NCBI GenBank assembly: GCA_964252075.1
Contig: CAXULY010000021.1
Span: 1 to 64,000 of the forward strand
Reading direction: 5' to 3'
DNA from: an uncultured Deinococcaceae bacterium
Lineage (GTDB): Bacteria > Deinococcota > Deinococci > Deinococcales > Deinococcaceae
Length of the DNA: 64,000 nucleotides
Both the position numbers and the translations under genes were made by a program. This document shows positions 9,851 through 18,402 of this stretch, one piece after another. Each line of letters opens with the position of its first letter. Position 1 is the stretch's first letter. The notes beneath the pieces were generated by a model, which did no database searches, was not told the DNA's origin, and saw only the letters and a program-made list of their open reading frames with translations.

Positions 9851-10518
9851 CACGCCCCCCGGGCCGCGGCGCGGGCGCGGCGGTTTGCTTGTTTGCTGGT
9901 TTGTTTGTTGACAATCAACTGCTGTTCGAGCGGGTTGAGCTGGCTGACCTTCAGGGCGGCGTCGGCGGGCAGGAGGCCCTCCACGGCGCGGTCCTCCATG
10001 CGGTCGAGGAGCGCGATGGCGAGCCCGGCGGCGTCCCAGTAGTCCTGCTTCAGTCCGCCGCGCGGCCCGGCGGGCAGGTCCCCGTCGAGGCGCAGCGCGA
10101 CGAGCGTGCGGGTGCTGGCGTCGCGCTGCGCGGGGCCCTTGCCGCGCACGCCGAGCGCGCCCCGCCAGTTGAATTGCAGGTCCCCGCCGCTCGCGACGGT
10201 GACGACGCCCTCGCCGGTGCCTTCGAGCGCGCCGACGAAGCGGCCCGCCGCGAGGTTGTTCATCAGCACGGGGTCCGCGTCGCGGGCGCTCGCGATGCTG
10301 CCGCGCGCGACCTCCACGCCGAACACCGCGAGGGCCGTGCCCGTGAAGGCGTGCAGCGCCGCGAGGTTCGGGGGGGTGCCGCACGGCGGGAGGGGGACGT
10401 GCGCGGCGCCGATCAGGTGGCGGCGCGGGCCGTGCGCATGCGCGCCCGGGTGCAGGCTGCGGCGCACCGCGACCGCGAACGCGCCCGTGAGGCCCACGTC
10501 GAGGCCGACGGCGATCAC
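9850..10518 (-). CDS. RuvC-like Holliday junction resolvase
   Basis: VIAVGLDVGLTGAFA strand, internal VE, and DYWDAAGLAIA helix. Confidence 0.65.
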   Translation of the reverse strand: MIAVGLDVGLTGAFAVAVRRSLHPGAHAHGPRRHLIGAAHVPLPPCGTPPNLAALHAFTGTALAVFGVEVARGSIASARDADPVLMNNLAAGRFVGALEGTGEGVVTVASGGDLQFNWRGALGVRGKGPAQRDASTRTLVALRLDGDLPAGPRGGLKQDYWDAAGLAIALLDRMEDRAVEGLLPADAALKVSQLNPLEQQLIVNKQTSKQANRRARAAARGA

Positions 10519-11105
10519 AGGCGCTTCCCGCCGTGCCGGTGGGGGCGCGTGAGGTTGCGCGTCATTTTGGCGCGCACGACCTGGCAGGGGTCCTGGCCGA
10601 GCGCGTGGATGGTGCGCGCGCACGCCACGACGAGCGCCGCGAGGTGCGCGAAGAACAGGGGCGGCATATCCTCCTGCGCGTCGGCGGTGCTGCGGAAGAC
10701 GCGCAGGGCGCGGCTGACGCGCACGTGCAGGTCCTCGATGCTGCTGGCGCGCACGCTGCCCTCGCCGCGCGCGAGCGTGCCGAGCGTGGGCGGCTGGCCG
10801 TTCGGCGCCGCGTAATCCTGCATGAGGGTGAGCGTGAGCGCGGCGGGTTCCACGTCGTGCGCGAGGTTCAGCGTGCGGATGATGACGTCCGCGAGTTCCT
10901 CGGCGGTGTCGGCGCTGCCCTGCGCTTCGCTCGCCTCGCTGAGCTCATCGTGGATGAGCGCGAGGGCAAGCGGGATGCCGTCCCCGGACCAGTTCGCGAA
11001 GCCTTTGCTGCGCGCGGTGGCGGCAGCGATGCGCGTGAGGTCGTGCACCGTCTGGGGGTGCAGCAGGTCGCGCGCGGCGTCCTCGGGGTGGAAGGTCTGC
11101 GTCAT
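10515..11105 (-). CDS. MazG-like NTP pyrophosphohydrolase
   Basis: LALIHDELSEASEA, AEELADVIIR and KMTRNLTRPHRHGGK, typical of phage MazG-like proteins. Confidence 0.8.
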   Translation of the reverse strand: MTQTFHPEDAARDLLHPQTVHDLTRIAAATARSKGFANWSGDGIPLALALIHDELSEASEAQGSADTAEELADVIIRTLNLAHDVEPAALTLTLMQDYAAPNGQPPTLGTLARGEGSVRASSIEDLHVRVSRALRVFRSTADAQEDMPPLFFAHLAALVVACARTIHALGQDPCQVVRAKMTRNLTRPHRHGGKRL

Positions 11106-11116
11106 GTGCGTTCCTT

Positions 11117-11319
11117 TCAGGCGAGCGGCAGGTCGAGGACGCCCGCGAGGTCCCGCAGGTGGCGCAGCACGCGCCGCCCTTTGCTGGTGAGGCCGCCCTC
11201 GTCCGCGAGGTCGAGGCGCGCGAGCTCCGGGTGCGCCGGGCCGGGCAGGAGCTGCCCGAATTCCGCTTCGAGCAGCAGCGGCAGCGCCTCGGTGAGGCGC
11301 GGGAGTTCCGCGAGGAGCG

Positions 11320-11323
<4 letters not shown>
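11117..11323 (-). CDS. Small hypothetical protein
   Basis: Coupled ORF. Confidence 0.5.
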
Positions 11324-12332
<1,009 letters not shown>

Positions 12333-12336
<4 letters not shown>

Positions 12337-12599
12337 GCGGGCGCGCCTTCCGGTTCGGGGCGTTCGACCAGCTGGAGGTCGTAGCCGAGGACGCGCGCGA
12401 GGGCGGCGGCGGTGTCGAGGCTGGGGCGGGTGGCGCCGCGCGCGATGAGGTACACGCAGTTGTGCGTGCGGTTCGCGTCTTCCGCGACGGTGCGGACGTG
12501 CGCGCCTTCCAGGGCGCCGCGCAGCGTACTGAGGATCTCGGTCGCCTGCGGTTCGTCCTGAGGGGGCGGGGTGGGGCGCTTGGGCCGTCTGGCGGGCAT
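12333..12599 (-). CDS. Cro-like XRE HTH protein
   Basis: VRTVAEDANRTHNCVYLIARGATRPSLDTAAALARVLG; divergent from the repressor. Confidence 0.75.
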
Positions 12600-12600
12600 G

Positions 12601-12646
12601 TGTAAATCATACGTGACAACTTCGGCTTTGTCACGTGCGGTTTACA
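12601..12646. promoter_or_regulatory. Palindromic operator in the divergent switch region
   Basis: TGTAAA-N4-ACGTGACAA-N8-TTGTCACGT-N4-TTTACA. Confidence 0.65.
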
Positions 12647-12754
12647 AGATGGCGCCTTCAGGTCAAGTTCAACTGTCCCGAACGCTTGACAAACGTCCGT
12701 GAAGAGGAATTTGTCCATTGCGCTTTGTCTTTTCAATGTGACAAGATAAACGGG

Positions 12755-13423
12755 ATGACGGAGACCGACAGCACCCGGGTGGGCGCGATCTTTCAGGCCA
12801 GGAGGCTCAGCCGCCAGCTCGCCATGCGCGACGTGGCGGCCGAGACCGCCACCCTGGAAACGCAGGACCCCGAGCGCTACACGCGCCTCTCGCACCAGAG
12901 CGTGTACAACGTGGAGAAACTCGGCACCGAGTACCTGCGCACCATGGAGACCGGCAAGCTGCGCGCGCTCGTGCAGGTGCTGTGGCCGAACGACGGCGCG
13001 ACCTTCCAGGCCGAGACGGGCTTCACGCTCTTCAACGACGCGCCCGCCCAGCTCCCGCTGTACGCGGAGGGCGCGAGCGGCGACGCCACCACGACCGCCA
13101 CGCCCGCGCTGCCCGGCGCGGACTTCCTGGTGGAGGTGCGCGCAAGACGCCTCGCGCCCGCCCTGTGGCCCGGCCAGGTGGTCGGTGCGCGCCGCGGCGC
13201 CACGCAGGACGGCGACCTGTGCGCGCTGCGGCGCGGCGGCGCCCTGACGCTCGCGTACCAGGTGCGCGGCGGGCGCTTCAGCTACCCGCTGCGCGAGGCG
13301 GGCGAACCCGCCACGTTCGCGCTCGGGCGGCAGGACGAGGTGATCGGCCCGGTCGTGTGGATCGAGCGCCCGCGCCTCCCGCAGGCGGACCCCGCGGAGG
13401 ACGCGGGCAAGGTGGGCGCGTGA
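12755..13423 (+). CDS. CI-like repressor (HTH plus degenerate S24-like domain)
   Basis: N-terminal HTH (LAMRDVA...LSHQSVYNVEK); C-terminal FLVEV...LWPGQVV...DGDLC...EVIGPVVW. Confidence 0.65.
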   Translation: MTETDSTRVGAIFQARRLSRQLAMRDVAAETATLETQDPERYTRLSHQSVYNVEKLGTEYLRTMETGKLRALVQVLWPNDGATFQAETGFTLFNDAPAQLPLYAEGASGDATTTATPALPGADFLVEVRARRLAPALWPGQVVGARRGATQDGDLCALRRGGALTLAYQVRGGRFSYPLREAGEPATFALGRQDEVIGPVVWIERPRLPQADPAEDAGKVGA

Positions 13424-13484
13424 ACGCCCTCAAATCCCGCGTGTCAACAATCAAGCCAGCAAGCTGGAAAGTCAGCAGGTCAGC

Positions 13485-14243
13485 ATGCTGAAAATCGCGG
13501 TGACGAACCCGAAGGGTGGAGTGGGCAAGACGACCACCAGCGTGCACCTCGCGGACGTGTTTGCCCGACAGGGCGTGCGGACGCTGGTGGTGGACGCCGA
13601 CACGCAAGGGCACGTGAGCGTGTTCCTCGGCGCGAAGCGCGTGCCGGGCCTCGCGCGCGCGCTCACGGACCTCGACACGCCCCTGATCTCCCACATTCAG
13701 CACAACGTGCGCGAGCGCCTCGACGTGCTGTCCGGCGACCCCGCGACCGGCACGGCCGCCCGCACGCTGAACGGCGAGCTGGGCGTGGAGCTGAGGCTCC
13801 GCAAGCGCCTGCGGGAGGTGGAGGACACCTACGACGTGGCGCTGATCGACGTCGGGCCCACCGTGGACCTCATCAGCTCCATGGCGCTGCTCGCCGCGCA
13901 GGGCGTGCTCGTGCCGGTCACGCCGGGCCGCGCCATCGAGGTGAGCGTCGCGGACCTCGTGGCGCGCCTGACGGCGATGGAGCGCGCGGTGGATTACGCG
14001 CCGCGCATCATCGGGCTGTTCGGGAACATGCTGGACCGCCGCGAGAACCTCAGCCGCCAGCTGGAGTTGTTCCTCCAGACGAGCGGGCAGCCGGTCGGTC
14101 CGGGCGTCCGGAAGAACACCAAGATCGCCGAGGCGACCCGCGAGGGCAAGACCGTCTTCGAGTACGCGCCCGACAGTCCAGGCGCGCAGGATTTCGAGGC
14201 GCTGGCGCGCTGGAGCGCCGCGCAGCTGCAGGAGAAGCGATGA
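13485..14243 (+). CDS. parA: ParA-family partition ATPase
   Basis: NPKGGVGKTTT, VVDADTQG, LIDVGP. Confidence 0.95.
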   Translation: MLKIAVTNPKGGVGKTTTSVHLADVFARQGVRTLVVDADTQGHVSVFLGAKRVPGLARALTDLDTPLISHIQHNVRERLDVLSGDPATGTAARTLNGELGVELRLRKRLREVEDTYDVALIDVGPTVDLISSMALLAAQGVLVPVTPGRAIEVSVADLVARLTAMERAVDYAPRIIGLFGNMLDRRENLSRQLELFLQTSGQPVGPGVRKNTKIAEATREGKTVFEYAPDSPGAQDFEALARWSAAQLQEKR

Positions 14244-14539
14244 GCAAGCGACGCCCCCAGGACACCCCCCCGCCCGCCAGTGAATCTGAGTACAGCCCCT
14301 TCGACGGCCTGATCGGGCGCCTGAACCCCGAGGTGATGGGGGACACCGCCGTGGAGGGCGCGCCGCCGCCCGCCGAGAAGAACTTCGTGCCAGCCGGCTT
14401 CGTGCCGGAAGGGGACGTGATGGTGATCTTCTCGGCGCGCATCCCGCAGCGCCTGCGCGACCGCATCAAGGCGGACGCCGCGCGGCGCCGCATGACCGTG
14501 CAGGACTACCTCGCGGCGCTGATCGAACGCGGGTACTGA
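14240..14539 (+). CDS. ParG-like ribbon-helix-helix partition adaptor
   Basis: Disordered N-terminus plus VIFSARIPQRLRDRIKADAARRRMTVQDYLAALIE; coupled to parA. Confidence 0.75.
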   Translation: MSKRRPQDTPPPASESEYSPFDGLIGRLNPEVMGDTAVEGAPPPAEKNFVPAGFVPEGDVMVIFSARIPQRLRDRIKADAARRRMTVQDYLAALIERGY

Positions 14540-14540
14540 C

Positions 14541-14597
14541 GCCCCACCTGAAAGCGCCCCGCCTCACCTGTGGAGGCGGGGCGCTTTCAGGTGGGGC
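14541..14597. terminator. 25-bp perfect inverted repeat between convergent genes
   Basis: GCCCCACCTGAAAGCGCCCCGCCTC...GAGGCGGGGCGCTTTCAGGTGGGGC. Confidence 0.7.
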
Positions 14598-14599
14598 GG

Positions 14600-14848
14600 T
14601 CACGCCGACAGGGCGCGCACCGGCAGCGTGCGGGTCTTGGGGGTGGTGAAGTCGTACACGGCGTCCCGCAGGCGCGCGAAGAGGCGCGCGGACTGCCGCA
14701 GCGGGGCGGGGTCGCCCGTCAAGGCGTAGTCGGCCAGGCCGTCCATGACGTCTTGCTCCAGCGCGAGGGCGTGCGGGCGGTCGAGGGTGTCCATGGCAGC
14801 GAAGAGGGCGTCCATCACCGCGGCGGGGCAAGAGGCGTCTGTGAGCAC
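14600..14848 (-). CDS. Small helical hypothetical protein
   Basis: 82-aa ORF preceded by a TAGATT -10-like box. Confidence 0.5.
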   Translation of the reverse strand: MLTDASCPAAVMDALFAAMDTLDRPHALALEQDVMDGLADYALTGDPAPLRQSARLFARLRDAVYDFTTPKTRTLPVRALSA

Positions 14849-14914
14849 GATGAAGCCAATCTACACCCCGAATTAACGCCAGGCGCAACAGCTATGAAAC
14901 ACGTCCAGTACAGC

Positions 14915-14940
14915 AAAAACCGGGAGTGAAACACTCCCGG
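14915..14940 (-). terminator. Intrinsic terminator after the peptide gene
   Basis: On the minus strand: CCGGGAGTG-TTT-CACTCCCGG-TTTTT. Confidence 0.7.
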
Positions 14941-14981
14941 CTTTCACATGGCGTTCAGCTTTCTGACACAAAACTTACGGT

Positions 14982-15113
14982 TCAGGCGCACTCAGGGCAG
15001 ATCTTCGGGGGCCAGCTCTGCGTGCTCTGGGAGGAACTCGTGACAGGCACGGTATCGGCGAGGGCGGCGGTCGCGACGGTCAGGGCCAGCAGGGCGAGCA
15101 GGAGTTTCTTCAT
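14982..15113 (-). CDS. 43-aa secreted peptide, candidate signalling propeptide
   Basis: Not in the ORF track. MKKLLLALLALTVATAALA-DTVPVTSSSQSTQSWPPKICPECA*; classic signal peptide with ALA cleavage site; ATGA overlap with the upstream gene. Confidence 0.8.
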   Translation of the reverse strand: MKKLLLALLALTVATAALADTVPVTSSSQSTQSWPPKICPECA

Positions 15114-16792
15114 GGCACCTTAAATGTATCAAGCAGCCCGGGGGGGCGCTGTGGCGCTTCCGACGCTGCGCGGCGCGACAGGCGCTCACACGACCAGGCG
15201 GACGCCACCGGGGGATTCCCCGCCATCTTCATGCTCAGGCGCCAGCGCGAGCGGTACGAGCGGTCCCCGTCCGTCACCGACGACCGCAGGTCCAGCCCAT
15301 CGCGCACCGTCTGCAGCGCCTCACCGCCCGGCGCTTTCGGCACGCGCTCGTAATGGAAGCGCGCGCCGCCGTCATCCACCCACAGCACCTCCCGCCCGAA
15401 CGCCGTCGCGAGCGCCTCGCTGCGCCCCACGATGTGCCGGCTCGCCCACGCGGCGGCCTCCGGGAAGAACCGCGCGATCACCGACGCGTGCGCCTCGCGC
15501 TGCTGGTCGCGCTCCAGGCCGACGCGCAGGTCGTGGTGCGCCTGCCCGATGCTGTAATGGCTGATGCTGTGCCCCTTCAGGGACGCCGCGAAGCACAGCG
15601 CCGCCGCGCCCACCAGCGACCGCACGGCGCCCTCACGGGAGCGCTCCGCCCGCTCGGCGGGCGTGAGGTCCTGTTCGGGCTTCTCGTCCGGTTCGATGGC
15701 CCGCACGCGCAGCACGCGCAGCGCCAGGATGCCCCGCGCGGCCTCCGGCATGTCACCCAGAATCATCTTCGCGCGCGCCTGCGCGCACGCCACCAGCACC
15801 GTCATGACGGGCCACACGTCGGACTCCGGCACCTCCAGGCTCAGCACGCGCCGCGCGGCGCTCATGGCTTCCTTGCGGTCCAGCTGCCCCGTCGCGACCA
15901 GCATGGCGCGCAGGCCCACCATGGCGTGCGCGCCGAGCATCAACGGGTGGCGCGGCGCGCGCTTCAGGGGCGGCGCGGGCGTCCCCTGCGTGAGCGCGGT
16001 CAGCGCCTCCGGCCACCACCCGCTGTTCAGTCCCTGCTGCTCCCCGATGTGCCCGAGGCGCGCCAGCATCGGTATGTCGCGCTGCCGCGCGAGCGTCGTG
16101 GTCGTCTCGTGGAACATGTCGTCGAACAGCACGCTGTTGTGCTCGCGCTGCAGGCTCGCCAGGAGCTCCACGGCGTTCTCACCCCCGCGGGGCGCGCCGC
16201 GCGGCAGGTCAATGTCGTTGATCTGCGTCTTCAGGGCGGCGTTCACCATGTGCGTCATGCCGAGGCTCAGCGCGTACTGCTGCGTGAGGAGCAGCTGCCG
16301 GGACGCCTCGCCCGCCTCGCCGCTCTTCGCGAGGCACATGCCGAGCGCGTAGTGCAGGCGCGTCTGCGCTTCCAGATCCGCCAGGGACAGGCAGGCGCCC
16401 AGGTGGCGCGGCATGTCCCGCAGGATGACGGGGTACTCGTCGTGACCGTCGCGCGCCAGCTGCACCCGAGCGAGCCAGAACTGCGCCTGCGCGAGCCGAC
16501 CCGCGCGGCCCTGAAGCATGTCGCGCGCGCGGCCCGGCTGCTGCAGCATCATGAACACCTGCGCGGCGCGCGGCCACGCGAGCTCCACGCCCTCCTCACC
16601 GAGCCGCATGAGGTCGCTCGCCAGCCGCAGGAGCGGCTCAGGCTGTTCGGGCGAGTGGCTGTACAGCAAATCCGGCCACAGCGTAGGCGAAGCGGCGATT
16701 TCCGCCAGGGACATGTGCGCCAGTTTATCCCGGCGGTCCTGACCTGCCGATGAGTGAGGCGCCGCTTGGGGGCGCGGCACACTTTTCGTCAC
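15110..16792 (-). CDS. TPR-like all-helical protein, candidate peptide receptor/regulator
   Basis: Ala/Leu-rich helical repeats such as RLHYALGMCLAKSGEAGEASRQL and CAQARAKMILGDMPEAARGI. Confidence 0.6.
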   Translation of the reverse strand: MTKSVPRPQAAPHSSAGQDRRDKLAHMSLAEIAASPTLWPDLLYSHSPEQPEPLLRLASDLMRLGEEGVELAWPRAAQVFMMLQQPGRARDMLQGRAGRLAQAQFWLARVQLARDGHDEYPVILRDMPRHLGACLSLADLEAQTRLHYALGMCLAKSGEAGEASRQLLLTQQYALSLGMTHMVNAALKTQINDIDLPRGAPRGGENAVELLASLQREHNSVLFDDMFHETTTTLARQRDIPMLARLGHIGEQQGLNSGWWPEALTALTQGTPAPPLKRAPRHPLMLGAHAMVGLRAMLVATGQLDRKEAMSAARRVLSLEVPESDVWPVMTVLVACAQARAKMILGDMPEAARGILALRVLRVRAIEPDEKPEQDLTPAERAERSREGAVRSLVGAAALCFAASLKGHSISHYSIGQAHHDLRVGLERDQQREAHASVIARFFPEAAAWASRHIVGRSEALATAFGREVLWVDDGGARFHYERVPKAPGGEALQTVRDGLDLRSSVTDGDRSYRSRWRLSMKMAGNPPVASAWSCERLSRRAASEAPQRPPGLLDTFKVP

Positions 16793-18204
16793 GAGGCCTG
16801 CCCCTGCGCCTCATCGCGCGAGAACAGCTTCAGGAACATCTTCAGCGGGTAGTCGGTGCCGTTCGCGAGCGCCACGCTGCCCCCGAAGCTCGGGGTGGGT
16901 GGGTCGAAGCGCTCCACCGTCAGGCGCGTGCCCTTGGCGCTCACCCACACGCTGCCCTCCGCAATGTCCGGCGCGTCGACGGGCTCACTCGCCAGGGCAT
17001 GCGAGGTGGGCGCCGGGACCGCAGCCGCGGACGCGCCGATGGGCGCGCCGATGCGGCGGTCCAGCTCCTCGAACAACGCCGTGCGGTAGTGCTTCCCGCT
17101 GCGCCGCGCCGCTTGGTGCGCCGCCTCCACCTGGTCCAGCGTCAGCGCCAGCCACGCGCCACGGTCCAGGCCCCCTGACGGCGTGGGCTCCACGAGGCGC
17201 TCCGGCAGCGCCCGCTTCCCACCGCACAGCGCCTCCAGGCGCTCGTACACCGCCTCGCCCGGTTGCGCCCGCCGCGCGCCGCGCCGCGGAACTTTTTCAA
17301 GGTCATTGGCTGGTTCGTCCCCCCCCCCGCCAGACTCGTCATCCTGATCGAGTGCTGCGAGGTCCCCGCCGGGCGCGTCAGCGCCCGCGCCGTCAGGCGC
17401 CAGCGCGCCGAAGGCGCGTGCCGCCTCCAACTCGCCCGCCACCAGCAGGTCCTCATCGGTCAGTTCTTCTTCCTGATCTTCACCCGTGGTGGTGCGACGC
17501 AGCGCGCCGTCACCTTCAGACCCCGATAGCGGTTCGCCCTGCACGCGCGCGTCACCATCCAGTTCAATAACACCACCACTTGGATCTACTTCTAAGGGAT
17601 CACCCTGACAGGGAGTACCTTCGGCTCCCTTCGTTTCGGAGGGGTGTCCTCCCTTCGTTTCGGAGGGGTACCCCTCCCTTCGTTTCGGAGGGGTGGTCGA
17701 ATCGGCCCCGCCCGACACCCCTCCCTTCGTTTCGGAGGGGTCAGGGCGCACGTCGTCCTGACCGATGTTTCCCCCTTCGTTTCGGGTCGCTTCGCCCTTC
17801 GTTTCGGCCACTCGGCCTGAAACCGAGGCCGCCCTTGCGGCCTTCCGACTGGCCCGCTTCGCCTTCCCAACAGCGGTCTGCTGCTGCTGCACCGCCAGCA
17901 CCACGTCCGTAGCCACCCATTCCGAGGCGCGCGTCAAGCGGTACAGGGTGCTACGCCCGGGGCGCTCCTGCGCGGCGAGCATCTTGTACGACAGCAGGTT
18001 GTGCAGGCATTGCCGCGCGGTGTCCTCGTGCATCCGGCAGCGCTTCGCAACCGACGCGATGGCTGGGTACGCGCCGTCCACGCCCGCGCGGCGTGCGTAG
18101 TGCGCGTACACCCGGAACTCCTCCGGGGTCAGGGGGTATTCGTCCAGAGCGCTGTGAATGAAGATCACATTGAATTCGCTCTGGTCGTGCGTGAGTTGTG
18201 ACAC
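16789..18204 (-). CDS. Replication initiator protein (N-terminal winged HTH)
   Basis: LTPEEFRVYAHYARRA...AYPAIASVAKRCRMHEDTARQCLHNL; internal iteron array. Confidence 0.8.
   Translation of the reverse strand: MSQLTHDQSEFNVIFIHSALDEYPLTPEEFRVYAHYARRAGVDGAYPAIASVAKRCRMHEDTARQCLHNLLSYKMLAAQERPGRSTLYRLTRASEWVATDVVLAVQQQQTAVGKAKRASRKAARAASVSGRVAETKGEATRNEGGNIGQDDVRPDPSETKGGVSGGADSTTPPKRREGYPSETKGGHPSETKGAEGTPCQGDPLEVDPSGGVIELDGDARVQGEPLSGSEGDGALRRTTTGEDQEEELTDEDLLVAGELEAARAFGALAPDGAGADAPGGDLAALDQDDESGGGGDEPANDLEKVPRRGARRAQPGEAVYERLEALCGGKRALPERLVEPTPSGGLDRGAWLALTLDQVEAAHQAARRSGKHYRTALFEELDRRIGAPIGASAAAVPAPTSHALASEPVDAPDIAEGSVWVSAKGTRLTVERFDPPTPSFGGSVALANGTDYPLKMFLKLFSRDEAQGQAS
17625..17807. repeat. 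Iteron array, putative replication origin
   Basis: Six copies of core CCCTTCGTTTCGG; four extend to CTCCCTTCGTTTCGGAGGGG (17625, 17649, 17674, 17721). Confidence 0.8.
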
Positions 18205-18402
18205 CAGAAAGGCCTGCTTTCCGCGTTGACACGCGAGGTTTCCACAGGTAGACTGGGGCCAAATCAGGTGCCTTTCGTCTCAAGCTCCCCCTGTACTTGG
18301 CGGTCGGGGGGAGTTCCCTTTGGTGAGGACACAGTAACACATCCGCGCACAAGGTGTCACACCCATTTGACATGCTCCCTGCCGCGTGACAGGATCGGCG
18401 CG

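Noticed and set aside
17625..17807. Possible CRISPR array
   Set aside because: Spacers are 4-30 nt and irregular, the repeats lie inside rep, and no cas genes are present; iterons fit better.
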